Below are positions 1 to 13,813 of a stretch of DNA of 64,000 nucleotides, piece after piece. The DNA comes from Eledone cirrhosa. Its lineage: Eukaryota. The stretch spans positions 81,220,001 through 81,284,000 of the forward strand of contig OZ024747.1 of the NCBI GenBank assembly GCA_964016885.1, read 5' to 3'. Below the pieces are notes generated by a model. It was not told the DNA's origin and ran no database searches. It saw only the letters and a list, made by a program, of their open reading frames with translations. The position numbers were made by a program, and so were the translations under genes. Position 1 is the first letter of the stretch. Each line of letters begins with the position of its first letter.

Positions 1-190
1 GCAAAATATGAAATGCATGTCTAGTTGTGGTCGACATATGAACAGAAACAATTGCAAATAATATCTGTGATGTAAAATATAAATACAGGCTGACTGAAAA
101 TGTACAATTGTAATAGGGGAATATAGCAATACCTTTAGAAAAAAGATATAGATTATATGGCTAAAAGAAACACATGATTACACACACAAA

Positions 191-243
<53 letters not shown>

Positions 244-264
244 AATATATATAATTATTATAAT

Positions 265-432
265 GAAATGACAGGAGGCTGGATTTGTGTAAATCCTTGA
301 AAGGTTTATTATACTATGATCATTTCAATGACCGGGTTCCGTATGAATCCGGTGATATCATCAGGTATTCGAAATATAATACGTGAATGTAATAGATAAA
401 ATCCATGGGGCTGAAAATCGAGGACCCGAGTA
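265..432 (-). repeat. Dispersed repeat family A (probable Penelope-like pLTR fragment), copy 1
   Basis: Homologous to 9633-9872 and 14232-14439, flanked by (TA)n, and contains a hammerhead motif. Confidence 0.65.
311..368 (-). ncRNA. Minimal type I hammerhead ribozyme motif (family A)
   Basis: Minus strand reads ATAC-CTGATGA-TATCACCGG...CCGGTCATT-GAAATGATCATA-GTAT. Stem I is ATAC/GTAT and stem III is the palindrome ATGATCAT. Confidence 0.7.
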
Positions 433-704
433 TAAATATATATATATATATATGTCTATATATATATGTGTCTATATATATATATGTGTGTGTGTGTCTA
501 TATATGTGTGTGTGTATGTATATATATATATATAGTGCGCCATCAATAAAACAGGGAAAAAATGGCGCACTGTATCTCTCTCTAGTGTGGTACCTTTTCA
601 ACATATTATATTTTAAAGTGCCCAGGATTTCCTCTCCTTTGAGCACATTATTTACAGGGAACGGCGAGAGTCTATGGCTCCGTTTATGTAGCGTGATATA
701 TATA

Positions 705-2568
705 TCTTTATATATATAAAAGCGAGGATGTGTGTGTGTCTGTGTACAATTTTGCATACTTAAGGTTTTTACAATTACCAATTGAATTTGACCAAATTTT
801 CTGTACAGGTTGCACAGGTCGCTAAGATTGTCACATCACAAACATTTTTCAAATCGATCCACGTTGAGCAATAAAAAATCGATATCAAAATTATGGGTAG
901 AAAAATTGATGTAAGGGAGATAACAAACTTTATTGACAATCCTTATAAAAAAGGGAGATAACCAACTTTTCAGAAATATAAACATCACATTCATTTGAAG
1001 ATAAATCACTAATATTATCGTTTGTTTCTTGTTTATTCTTTGTTGCACTTTCAAAGTTAAAAAAACACTTGTTGTTTTAACTTTTTTCACTATATTAAGT
1101 GTTAATTTTCACGTTAAGGGCCTAATCTCGCAGCAGTCTCGAATTGACGAGATTTTGATGATGGTTTGTTTATTTTTAGAACAATCGTTATGGGACTTTC
1201 CATTCAAACCATTGGGACCTACAACTTTTACATTTTTAAAACTTTCATAAGCCATGTTGATACAAAAAAAAAATTTGTTGCACTTTCAAAGTCAACCGTA
1301 ACGCTTCAATTCATACATTTTGACGTTACAACTTTTCACCAAATATGCCCCGTAAAAGAAACTATGCACATATTGGATATCGGTCGAAGAAAACAATGCT
1401 TGTAAATGACGCTCCGCCGATAAGCGAAAATAGACAATCACTAAATGCGGTGATTGCAACATCTTTGTCCGCCGCTGAGCGTCGGTTAGTGCGGCGAATC
1501 AATAATGTTGCAGCAACTGCTGCAGCACAAGCTGCAGAGACTACAGAGCAATGTGAAACATGCCTTGCTATGGATGCTACAGATACTGCTGCAGCAAGAT
1601 CTGCAGAGACAGTACAAAAATATGAAAGACGCCGTGCACGTAATGCTTCAGCTAATGTTGCAGCAAGAGTAATTGAGACTGAGCAAGCACGCTCACGATG
1701 GTACCTTGAGGCAGTTAATTATGACCCTAATGTAAACTATCAAATCCATCCTGATATTCAAATATATGCCATGTCAAATACTTGCCAACATTGTAAAGCT
1801 AAAAAGTGTGTGCGTGGGGGGGGGGGGGGGAATCAGCTGGAATGTGCTGCTCCAACGGTAAGGTTAAATTTCCCACCCTTAGGGAACCACCGCAACCTCT
1901 CCAGATGCTTCTAACAGGTAAGCATTCACAATCACGTGATTTTCTGAAGCATATCTGACAGTACAACATTGCGTTTAAAATGACCTCTTTCGGTGCAAAA
2001 CGTCTGCTCACGAGTTGGCAGTTGAGATCTCTTTGGGTTTGTTCCGAAAAGAAAAACAAAAAATATCGTCTATCCTGAAGTGCTTTAGTGTTAACAAAAA
2101 ACTTATTACACCTCTGCCTTGACTTTACCTTACTCATTACAAAACATACCAATGAATATGTCATGCAGGATATTTTGGATTATAAGTTAAAAATTTAACC
2201 ATACACAGCAAAGGATGCTCTCAAAGAATAGATTTTCTCTTATTCTACTCTCATTGTTTTTTTTGTTTGTATATAACTCTGCTTTCATTAGAACTTTTTG
2301 TACTTTAGCAAAACTGCCTGTTTTTTTACAGATATGCAACGCGTATTGTTTTTAATCATTTGTATAACTACATCCTGTTCAGTGTTTTCCTTCATTATCA
2401 ACATAGTTTTATGTGTACAAAGATTGCACTAAATATTCGTTTGCATTAATTATTGAAGACTACTGCTTATTTTGACAGGTTGGGACAAATAATGTTCTTC
2501 TTTTACTTCCTAGCTGTATATTTTTAGCATAATTTCAAACCCCGAGCAACGCCGGGTAAATCTGCTAG
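705..2568 (+). mobile_element. Helitron, internally deleted and non-autonomous, retaining the 5' part of RepHel
   Basis: 5' A|TC end; 3' hairpin CCCGAGCAACGCCGGG followed by CTAG|T. Disrupted coding remnant CQHCKAKK...ESAGMCCSNGKVKFPTLREPPQPLQMLLTG...I*QYNIAFKMTSFGA is typical of the RepHel N-terminal zinc-finger region. Confidence 0.88.
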
Positions 2569-2602
<34 letters not shown>

Positions 2603-2704
2603 TAATAGGAAAAGAGTCAGGACCCCAACAGCTGAGCTCCAGCCATTTCAACAGCTACATCCAAACTAACCTCAGCTGTCGGGGTCCCAACTCTTTTCCT
2701 ATTA
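2603..2704. repeat. Imperfect 34-bp inverted repeat within a dispersed repeat (related sequence at ~58480-58580)
   Basis: taataggaaaagagtcaggaccccaacagctgag pairs with ctcagctgtcggggtcccaactcttttcctatta. Confidence 0.7.
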
Positions 2705-2920
2705 CCCACTCTACTACCCTAAGTATCGACTACTCTGGTGTGTTATGGTCCACCTGGTATCTTACCACACTTTCTTTGTTAGTTATATATATATATATAT
2801 ATAGAAAAATATGCATACATATATATATAAATATACACACTAATACATAAATATATATATATAAATATACACACACAGATACATACATATAAATATACAC
2901 ACACATACATACATATATAT

Positions 2921-3070
2921 ATTAGAAATAGAAGCTTTCACTGTATTTTTGACTAAAGATACTTTAGCCTGATAAAACATGGAAAAAAGATGAGTATTGA
3001 CATACATGGGAGTTGAACCCACATCTTTGGTTATCCAGTCAGAAATGCAGCAAAAGCTTCTATTTCTAAT
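2921..3070. repeat. Fold-back element with ~34-bp inverted arms
   Basis: attagaaatagaagcttt (2921-2938) pairs with aaagcttctatttctaat (3053-3070); the arms extend inward with ~4 mismatches. Confidence 0.7.
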
Positions 3071-3105
3071 TTCAACCTCGCTTGCTGTTTGAAAACAAAC
3101 TCACT

Positions 3106-3165
<60 letters not shown>

Positions 3166-3190
3166 ATATATATATATATATAAAAAATGT

Positions 3191-3222
<32 letters not shown>

Positions 3223-3502
3223 TTATAAATATATATATATAGTCAAAATTATAACATACAGAATATCGATGGTCAATTTTCATTGGAACCAGGAAATGTA
3301 TGATTGATTGTTTATGGATAAAATATGAATAAATGGTGTTACAGATGATTCAGAAATGATTTAAAATATTAGTTGTAAATGAATCATCGCATATGATTAA
3401 TATAGAATTTCAAAGAGTATTGTAAATGTTAATATATGTATGAAAATGAAGATGAAAATCAGAATGTTAATCTGGACACACACACATATATACACACACA
3501 GG

Positions 3503-3537
<35 letters not shown>

Positions 3538-3575
3538 CATCATCATCGTTTAACATCCATCTTCCATGCTGTATG

Positions 3576-3610
<35 letters not shown>

Positions 3611-3725
3611 ATTGTGGTTGATACTGTATATGGCAAATTTGATGGTTTATGACCATGGAGTTTTGTACCTGTTGCAAATACATATATATATATATATAGA
3701 TGTACACATATATATGTACATGTAT

Positions 3726-3780
<55 letters not shown>

Positions 3781-4165
3781 CATATACACACACATTTATA
3801 CATACATATATAAACGTACATACACACACATATACATATATATATAGTTTTTCTGATACAAGGTTCCCGGTGCATGTTATGAATCCATTAGACTAAATAT
3901 TTTAACGATCGTTTTATCTCAGTGGTTAGTTTGGGGGAGTTTAAAGTTGAGATACTCAAGGAGAAGGTAGATCATGGCCTATTACCAGATGTAGCTGTAG
4001 TTTCTGTAAATAATAATAGTTTTATCATACAGAATCTATGTAATATTTGAACTTGAAAAGATCTGTTTTCTTCATTTAGTGGCTGGTACTGTTCATCATT
4101 GGTTTATGAAATCTGGATTGCTGTTTGTGGTTTGGTTTAGTGGGGATGATGAGTGTGAGTTTACA

Positions 4166-4230
<65 letters not shown>

Positions 4231-4682
4231 AAGGGTATCTTTCTGAATATGGCTGATGGACTAGGCAAAATCAAGTTCCTGAAGCGAGTTGATGTCAGGT
4301 TGACATCTCTTGCTGCTATGGTACCATGTAGCTCAGTACAACCTGATAGGGTGATCACTGACTAAACCAACTCCCCCACTAGACCCTGGTATGGTGAGGA
4401 GGGTATATGGAAACCCAGCAGCACAAAAACAAGAGCTGTCAAATGGCAGATGAACTCCAAAAAGTCAATGGCCATTCACCCCAATTATAGGTTAAATAGC
4501 CTCACACACCAGCAATTAGCTAAACATGCTGAGTATGGCCACACCTGCTGGAGAGGTTAAACACCATGACAATTACACATTATATATATATATTTGGTGT
4601 GGGATGCTTAAAAGCGTCCGTATGCAGTAGGCCATTTGAGCAGAGTATAATATCATTTGGAAATTCTGCTTCAAGGGATAAA

Positions 4683-4777
4683 GACGTATCTGAAGAACTT
4701 GCGATTTCAGAGTCAGGTTCGATCCTCGCATCGATCGTACCTCTAGCTAGTCGCCAGAGAAACGATTGTAATATGTC
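4683..4777 (+). ncRNA. Type I hammerhead ribozyme motif with a long stem II insertion
   Basis: GACGTAT-CTGAAGA-[~60 nt closed by CTTGCGA/TCGCCAG]-GAAACGATTGTA-ATATGTC. 7-bp stem I, predicted GUA cleavage triplet, followed by AATAAA. Confidence 0.65.
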
Positions 4778-4821
4778 TAATAAATTCTAATTCGTCGCAG
4801 CACTGATTCTCCGTTTCTTAT

Positions 4822-4864
<43 letters not shown>

Positions 4865-4872
4865 ATAATAAT

Positions 4873-5020
4873 AAAATTGATGACTAAAATCCAAAGAGGG
4901 CTCGATAAGGAAAATATATATCAAATATATAAGAACCATAGAGCAAATATTTATTAAAATAACAGATTAAAGTTTAAGCAAAGAATCGCTGCTTTCACCC
5001 TTAACGGGATCTTCTGAAAT
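4873..5020. repeat. Dispersed repeat family B (two modules; also ~14031-14208, ~21418-21608, ~39015-39050, ~42310-42382)
   Basis: Shared modules gactaaaatccaaagagggctcgataagg and cagaagatcccgttaagggtgaaagcagcgattctttgc. Confidence 0.7.
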
Positions 5021-5917
5021 AATAAATATATATATATATATATATATAAATTTTCATGTACATATTGGTATCTATATATGAAATTTGAATTGTAGTCATC
5101 TACAAATGACCATAGTAATATGAGTTGATAACTATAGATAATAGTGGAAAAATGTAGCTTGAATCACCTGGAAGGGATAGCCCCCTCCCTCCGATTCTAA
5201 GTAATTGCATTAAACAGTATGCTAATGAGCCATTGGCCATTTTTGCTGTCTGGTTGACACAATAATTATTGGGAAAATTTCGAATTTGAAATATAGTCAT
5301 CCCTACACAATTGACCATAATAACAATAGTTGCGAAAATCCGGCATTTGTGTCCAGTACTCAAATATACTGCAGCTCATCAAAGGTGCATCTATAGTAGA
5401 TATAATACATAGAATAATGTATAAATGTCAGGAAATTTAACAGTGTAGGAATTATCATATACATACAGACACATGTGTGCAAGTGTATGGAGGGGGAATA
5501 TCAGGTGTAGTTTGGTGAATTTAGGGAAGCATGGAAGTTTTGAAGGATGCAGTGTCCTGACAGCTAAACACTGATAGAGATGGTTTGTTCCATGCTTCAG
5601 AAATTCTGAGCATGAAAAAATATTCAGAGTTACTTTACCTGGTTTTCTCAGTGACAGACTATTGTTATGATCATTTGAAATAGGACAATTACACTTCAAA
5701 TTAAAAATGTTCCTAATGCTTCTGAAATCAGCCAAGTGTTTACACTTCTAACTATGTACAGGCTTAAAATATTTAAAAAATACATATAGTCCAGCAGCTC
5801 CGTAGCATACTGGTTAATTCAATACACTGGCCTCTGATAGTTGCATGCTTCAATTACTCACAGGCACCTCTGTCCAATTCTTTCCATCTTCAGGTCTATT
5901 TCTCAATTATTATTAAT

Positions 5918-6102
5918 AATTGTTTCTACTTTTGGCACAAGGCCAGCAAATACCCAGTGTATTACTGGTACTTTATTTTATCGACCCCGTAAGGATGAAA
6001 GGCAAAGTTAACCTCGGCGGGATTTGAACTCAGAATGGCAAGGGCCATAACTCTATGCGTCAAAGCATGGCATCCGACCCTCTACCGATACTGCCAATCC
6101 AC
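5918..6102 (-). mobile_element. tRNA-derived SINE (abundant Octopus-type family)
   Basis: Minus strand has an A-box-like TGGCAGTATCGG, a B-box GAGTTCAAATCCC and the conserved body actttgcctttcatccttacggggtcgataaaataaagtaccagt. Many copies occur in the window. Confidence 0.85.
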
Positions 6103-6589
6103 AATGACCGACTATTATTATGATTAATTGCACTGGGATGACTACACCTAAAATTTCAAACTTTCGCAATGTTTCTTAAGTCAAGCAGTTTATATAATCA
6201 AAAAATATATCATCCTAATACAAAGGTTAAAACATGATAATGAATTAAATATGACATATAAATACAATGAGATAAATATATAAAAATGTTGGAAGTATGA
6301 ATACACATTAAAAAATGTTAGTATGAACAAAGACTATATGATAAATGTCATGTACATGAGATATATGTTTAGAAGAAAAATTAAATACTATGTCTGTAAA
6401 CATATAAGTACATATATGTAATGTGGGAATAGAACCATAGTAGTAATTGTTCAGGGTAGATATCTGAACTGATCCAATCACAATATAAGATCAAGAAAAG
6501 AAAAAAGATGTAGAATCTGAAAACAAATGTATCCATCTGGTATTTGAATGATCCGATGGGATATATAACTGTAACATACAAGCACTTAC

Positions 6590-6766
6590 CAGGTATACAT
6601 CTGGGAATTAAACTCCATGATCCATTGAGACACTTGACATGTGAGGTGTCATTTAGTACGAGGCCTTCCCTGCAGCGAAAGTTGATGAATGTTTCATGGT
6701 CCACCCATGCACCTTCACGACCATGCATCACACTCCCATTGAGAATTGAAGGTACCTGGCACTGAC
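6590..6766 (-). CDS. Internal coding exon encoding a complete Sushi/CCP domain
   Basis: Acceptor atttacag| and donor |gtaagt. 177 nt, phase 1-1, encoding (G)QCQVPSILNGSVMHGREGAWVDHETFINFRCREGLVLNDTSHVKCLNGSWSLIPRCIP with 4 Cys plus the conserved Trp. In frame with the 46664-46755 exon. Confidence 0.92.
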
Positions 6767-7683
6767 CTGTAAATATTCAATAAAACAAAATATATACAGA
6801 AACTTTATATGGCTGTTGGAATTGATAGAAAAAACAACAAATTCTCCCTCAGGAGGCAACTTGAAATCATATAAAGACAAACAACAGAGATATTTTTAGA
6901 TATGCTAAACCTGAAAAAAGAAAAGATATGATAGTCACAACTGAAATTCCATTGAACATTATTAGGAGCTGAACATTAAACAACAAAAAAATGCAGGATG
7001 TAAACTGTTGAAGGGAGACAATTTAGGCATTTAATGATAATGATGTGAACCAGCTGGAAAATAAATATATCTAAACTTTCTTTAATCCATTTTGTTGAAT
7101 CATAATAAAAAGTAACTGAAGGTTGTTTTGGGTTTTTCTGATTTGCTTCTTTACAAATTTGTATATGACAACCAATAAAGTAACTGGCAAATCGTCAGTT
7201 ATTAAATGCCTTGGTTTTTGCTCCAGCTCTCTGCACCCTCAATTTAAATCTTGAGTTTAACATTGCCTTTCATCGTTTTTGAATAAATGAGGAATCAGTC
7301 CAAGGGGGTGGACTGGCAAAATTGTAAAACAATTGGACTCTACACTTTGCAGTATCTATCTGTATTTTCTGAGTTCTGATCATGCTTTCTGTCAATGGAA
7401 GTATGACAGCAATTCTGCTAGTTGTTGCAACTCGTAGACACTATAAAGAGTGGAGAGATCAAAGGAAACATAGTTTTCTCAGTCCAATCTGATGATTGCC
7501 TTCTTTTCTTTTCAGTTTTCCTTTTACCACAACTGATTTGTTTATTTACAGCATTGTATAGGAATAGTTCCATCGCTCACTCACTCACTCTGATCGATTG
7601 AAAAGACTCTAGACCTCATTCGCTTACCGAGTGGGGTGGACCTAGTCAATCGGACCAAGGAAACAATGTTTCCATTGGTTTTA

Positions 7684-7972
7684 CCATTGCTGATACTATC
7701 TACTGGTCGCAACTCCTGGCAGAAAGAGCAACGTGAAATAAAGTGTCTTGCTCAAGGACAGAACACATCAACCAGTGTGAGAATTGAACTCACAACCTCA
7801 TGATTGCAAATCCAACTCTCCATTGCTGATACTATCTACTGGTCACAACTCCTAGCAGAAAGAGCAATGTGAAATAAAGTGTCTTGTTCAAGGACAGAAT
7901 GCATCACCCAGTGTGAGAATTGAACTCCCAACCTCACGATTGCAAATCCAACTCTCTAACCACTAAGCCACA
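7684..7972 (-). mobile_element. tRNA-derived SINE (second family) with a 136-bp tandem duplication
   Basis: Head TGGCTTAGTGGTTAG...GAGTTCAATTC and body gtccttgagcaagacactttatttcacgttgctc. Units 7684-7819 and 7820-7955 are near-identical. Confidence 0.8.
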
Positions 7973-8139
7973 CATCTTCACTAATAGTTCCATAATGACT
8001 CCAATAAAGTAAACCTGAGATCTGGTTATTTTAGTTGAAAGCTACATCTTTTCATTGATTATATCCTGGTATTGCTGAAGCTGTCAGCTTCTTACCAACC
8101 CTTCTCTCACTCCCCTAACGGACTGCATGAAACATAATC

Positions 8140-8580
8140 AACATCATTGTCGTCATCATCATTTTATGTCTGCATGTGTTCGATGTTTCCTTTTCAGCAT
8201 AGCCTCCTTCCTCTCATTATATGCTTTCATAATCTCCTCTATGAGATTTACCATTTTGAGATTAGCTCTAATTATCTATCCCCAGGTTTTCCTCTGTATT
8301 TCTGTAATACAGCTTTCTTCCACAGGCATCAGCTGGTATTTCTTCACCAAGTGTTCCTCATTCATATACATCACATGTCCAAACAAGCACAGTCTCCTCT
8401 TTTGCACACTATATATGATTCCTATTATATCTAGCTTTTCATTCAGTTCATCCATGTTCTGTTGTTCCTGTACACTAACATTACACATTCAATAGAGCAT
8501 CCTCCTTTCATTTCTCTCCAGCCACTATATAATCTCTGCATTTACTACCCATGTCTCACTGCTATGGAACATCATCTGCA
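8140..8580 (-). mobile_element. Old degenerate RTE-clade LINE 3' fragment
   Basis: CNVSVQEQQNMDELNEKLDIIGI...RRLCLFGHVMYM...RKTWG is homologous to the C-terminus of the RTE copies at 18-20 kb and 43 kb; decayed (GAT)n tail. Confidence 0.75.
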
Positions 8581-9683
8581 ATATTTCAGTTAAGAATTAT
8601 CTTATAATCTTTTTGACAATTTAATCTTACTAGATATCAAATGTTACCCTTTCCAACTTCATATTATAACACACTATCATATCCAACCATTTCCCTGAAC
8701 ATTTATAAGAGCCACCCAAACTCTAAGAAAAATGTAAAATTCGTTTTTTGTTTTATCAGGAATAAGAAAATCTCAATGAAATATCCTTATCTATGGGAGA
8801 AAGCAAATAGCAGGAGGTATGTGCAGGATTTTGAATGATAATATTAGAATTGAATTAATTTCAATCCTGAGCCAGCATATCAGGATGAAATCAAAAAGTC
8901 ACTACAGTATATAAATCACTGAAGAGATAACACTACAGATTCATAATTGGATTTTCCTGTGTAATCAGTGTGCCTTCATACAATTGAGCAATATACTTGC
9001 TATTGTTGGTTTGAATTATGATTCTCATACAGGTACAGATACTTGGAAAATTATAGCTTTTTAAGAAACATCAATAGCGAATCTGATGAATTTTAGTAGC
9101 CAATTAAGAGCTAAAAGGAATTATTAGTCAAGTTAAAGCACAGTGTACTCAATCATTAACATTATTTATATTTTATAGAAACAAGATAATGGAGTTTTCA
9201 AAAATACAGAGCATTCACAACATTTAGTACTAATCTAATATTCTTTTATTGGTTTTATCATTAAATTGTGACTATACTGGGGCACAGACTTGAAAGGATT
9301 TTAATGAAATATGTTGACCCCCCCCCCCCCCCCCCATCACTTTCAAGACTGATACTTATATTACTGATCTCTTTTTTGATGAACTGATTAGTTGTAGGCA
9401 TAAACATAATCACAGATGCAGACACATAAACACTCAAGTATATATATATGATGGTCTGCCACACAGTTTCAATCTACCAAATTTCACCTGAAACTACAAA
9501 TACACCAAATCACACATCTTTTTTCTCCAGTTTCCAGTGTCCTTTGGTTTCCCATGTGTGAGTTTTTAACATATGCATACACATACACTCAGATATATAC
9601 ATATATATATATATTTATATATATTATTGAGTAAAATGACAGGACACTGGATTGGTGAAATTCCTTCAAAGATTTATTATAGC

Positions 9684-9745
9684 AAACACTATGTACATTT
9701 CAGTGACCAAGTTTCTTAAGATCCCGGTGACATCTTCAGGTGTTT
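9684..9745 (-). ncRNA. Minimal type I hammerhead ribozyme motif (family A, copy 2, within repeat 9633-9872)
   Basis: AAACAC-CTGAAGA-TGTCACCGG...TTGGTCACT-GAAATGTACATA-GTGTTT. 6-bp stem I; palindromic stem III ATGTACAT. Confidence 0.75.
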
Positions 9746-10490
9746 ATTGTATAAAAGTTATATAATAAAGGAATAATGGTAAACACAATCCAAGAGGCTA
9801 AAAAAAAACAGAAAAATGTTTTTGACCTGAAGGCGGTCAGGGCCAGTAGTTGTCAATTTGGCTGACCACCTTAAAATATATATATATATATATATATATA
9901 TACTGACTTGCTGACCAATCACTCCTCAATGTAAAGGCACTAATGTGTCGGTAACAGAGAGATCTCACAAGATATTATTGGTACAACAATTTACTTATCT
10001 TGTACAAAAAAAAACCCTACAGAGCAAAGAATCAGTTAGAACAATGAAATATTACTTTATATTAGCAATACACAATTCTACTGACATGCCCAAACAACTG
10101 CTGTTTCTTGTTCTGAAGAAAGGTGATAATTACCACAATTAAATGGATAATCATCAGTGGGCCAATCTTAATCAATCAATCCATTAATTAATCAATTAAT
10201 TAATTAACGAAACATACAAGACATCAACTGTCCATGAATAAGTGAGAGACAAGACCTAAACCTATGCTGCATGTCAGGCAACCTGCCAGGGACTTCTAGA
10301 ATCATGGATAGTGGAAGGCAGGGGGAATACAATATATGGCACTGTACCAACAATGAAGCACTCAACCAATGCTTTTGAACATGGGAATTATTATAATGAA
10401 GATATTGGTATATAAAATATATATGCCAACTAGCTGACCCTCACTGTAAAGGTGCAAAAATTACCGAAACGTGTATATGTACATATGTAT

Positions 10491-10668
10491 AATTGTTTCT
10501 ACTTTTGGTACAAGGCCAGGAAATACCCAGTGCATTACTGGTGCTTTATTTTATCGACCACGTAAGGATGAAAGGCAAAGTTAACCTCAGCTGGATTTAA
10601 ACTCAGATCGTAAAGGGCCGTAACTATGCTGCAAAGCATGGCATCCGACGCTCTACCGATACTGCCAA
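10491..10668 (-). mobile_element. tRNA-derived SINE, same family as 5918-6102
   Basis: High identity to 5918-6102. Confidence 0.85.
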
Positions 10669-13337
10669 ATGATATATAAGTACAGCTAAATAATTAAATT
10701 TATATATGGCAATCAATACATAATATATTCAATGTTTTCTGTTAAGATGGTTGTATTTATAGCAGTGAGATATTCATAGAAATATATGGACACATGATGC
10801 TTTTATCAGCACAACCACAAGGAGAGTCTTATACATATTAGGGTTGTTATTGCTTATATACAGAATGATGCAGAAATAGATGATATGGTGATATAAGGAA
10901 ATAATTGAGGTATCTAGAACCCAAATCTACTTAAATAACCTTGCAAACTTTATTAGTGCTATCAATAAATGGATGGGAAACTGCTTTTACTTTAGCCCAG
11001 CTTCAGCTCCTAAATATATTTCAAACAAGCTGCTTTCTTTTTGCTTCTGTGTAATATGGTGTGTAACTTGTTTTAAAGTTGAATTTTGTGAGACAATTTA
11101 ATATATACCAATAAATGAAGTACTGAGTTTATAAAGCAAACCAACTAGAATAAGAATAAGAAAGATCACCTGGCTTAACCTTTAATTTAAATCTAGCATC
11201 CAGCATGGTATGACATTTGTAAACGTTAGTCATGAATGATTATTTCCCCACTATTCACAACTATCACATATTCTTTAATAAGAATAATATTAATGTCAGC
11301 TTTAGTTGTTTTCTAAATCCTTTAAAACAACTGCATCTCTAGATATACACGAAGGTCATTTATATATATTTGTGTTTGAACACATGTATTCATATACTTC
11401 AGTGAAGTTTGATGGCATGATGTGAAGGTAAGTGTTCTGTTCATTTAACCATTTGGACAATCTGTTCCATAGAATTGGAATTTCAGAGTCATGTGTTAAA
11501 GGTCAAATATGTCATAATCCTTTATTAGCTAGGAATTGTAATGATGCAATAGAGAGAGTGGAAATTCTACATTTCTTCTATTTGAATTTACAGAATTACC
11601 AAACTCACTATAAAATGGAAATAATTGATTAAAAAGACATAAAGAAAAACAGGCAATTTAAAAACTAATCTGTTTAGTTAAAATCCTTTTTGTCTAAAGA
11701 AAAATAACTTGGTGAGTACTCAGTTCAGACTCACTACAGTGTATAAACATTTTGATTTTGTAAGCATGATATGTTGATTAAACTCCTGCACTCCTTCCCC
11801 ACTTACTTTGATATGCCAGAGGTTAAAAGCTTATAGAAATTATAGCATCCTCAATAAAATACGACAGCCAGTCAATTTAATGTTTGTTGAAACAAGTCAA
11901 TTATGGAAAGTAATAGAAAACAGAAGATTCAAAATAGTTCGTCAATGCGGAAACCATTTTGAGAATCGACTTGCTATTTGAAGTTGTGCTTGAAATATTT
12001 TAAAAAGTAGATGTTCGTTAATATCATAAGGAAATTCAAAAGACAATAAAGTGAAAATGTTTTCACGATAAAAATCACTATTATTCTGTGTTATGGGTGA
12101 AATAAGTGGGTTTAGCTATATTTTTAATTAAATTACTTCAGTGAGCTCTGAAACTTGATCAATAATACACACTTTAAATCTTAGAAACTAAATTCTATCT
12201 GTATGCCAGCTAACAAGAACACATGAGCTACAGCAAATTCTGGAACTTTTAGTAGCCAGTCACAAGGTAGGAACCTATAGTTATACAGTTTCAACTCCAT
12301 CTACGTCAACATTGTATTTCACGTCATATCATATATAAAATAAGTACTAGATTTAGTAAATGAAAAATCATAGAAACTGATGATGCATGAATAAGAATAC
12401 AAAACATACCAGAATATGCTTCTACTTTCTTTTCCTTTCTGGTTTCTGTCAATGGGCTGCAACTATGCTGGAGCACTTCTTTCAACAACATAGTTGAACA
12501 AACTACTCCTAGTACTTACTTTATCGATATCTAATATCGATCTCTTCTTTGACCCTATAACTGTCGATATTGATAGCTAGTCCCGCAGTTGGTTAGCTGG
12601 GGTAGTCTCTCATACCCCCCCCCCCCCATTCATCAGCTTCTCATAGTAACATTTCCAGGTTTCTTTCATTTGAGAATCAGTAATGCTTAGTGCACCAGAG
12701 CCATTTTAAACATACTTGCCCCGAACAAACCATCTGCAATGTTTAGGTTGTAGTTAATTTTATCAGTCAGATATACTAAATTAAATAAAGTTATGTACTT
12801 TCTCAAGAATATTCAATGTTGTTACCCCGTGTGAATAAAAGAGGAAGAACAATTTAGTCACATTCATTAGTTAATGTATTTATTTGTTATGTTTTACAAC
12901 AGAGACTATGTAGAGTCAGGAGGACTCTTTAGTCATATCAAAGACATGAAAACTTCTCTACTGCTGGTATCATAATAAAATGCAATCAAGACACTCTGTA
13001 AAATGGTTGGTATTAGAAAGGATGTCTAGCTATAGAAACCATGCCAGGAATAGAATATACAAGTGAGACATGGCCTTTGACCAGTCTAGGGGGACATTAA
13101 CACAAAATTAAGACTGACTTGGACAGAGATGACTCATTCAACCTATGCTGACCTGGAGAACAGATGTAAAATATTGATGACAATGATGATGATGATTTTA
13201 TGATTTGTTATGTTTGCAACTTTCCACCTATAAATGGCTAAGATTTCTTTAGTCTGGTTATTCATGTGATATGAAAGATATAGTACCTATTTTCCCATTG
13301 AGATATGAATCATTATGGATATCCTTTAATTACTTAA

Positions 13338-13813
13338 CCCTTTCATTACTATAATTCTCATGAAAGATGCTGTCTATGATTTTCAAACAATTTTGAAAAA
13401 TATTCAAGTATTTCGAAAAGTTTAATTATATAACTAACATTTTCATTATCTCTCTGATGTTTGACATATCACAAATGTTCCTACACAAAAGTATGATGGA
13501 ATATCGTTAGATGAAAATATAAGCACTTTTAACCCTTTAGCATTTACATTATTCTATATTTACAATTATATTTTCACAATAAAGTCTTTATCTTGCATAA
13601 TTATCTCACATAATATCGAATCTATGAGATTGATGTTATTTATTTTGAGAGCAATACCTTAGTGTAGGTATGAGTGGCTAGTTACAGCTGGTTAAACAGA
13701 AAGAGGTGAGAGAAAGTTGGCCAGATATGGTGGTTTAAATGCTAAAGGGTTAAAATAATTAGCTTATTAATGTAGAACCAAAGACAATTTCCTACAGTTT
13801 GGTATCAAATGAG
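13338..13813. mobile_element. Older piggyBac-type MITE, host of a nested MITE
   Basis: TTAA-CCCTTTCATTAC left end and degenerate right end GTATCAAATGAG-TTAA. The body resembles 48245-48470. Confidence 0.5.
13533..13749. mobile_element. piggyBac-type MITE
   Basis: 14-bp TIRs CCCTTTAGCATTTA/TAAATGCTAAAGGG with TTAA on both sides. Confidence 0.85.

Noticed and set aside
7900-7972. tRNA gene
   Set aside because: The A/B boxes belong to a SINE head; no convincing cloverleaf is present.
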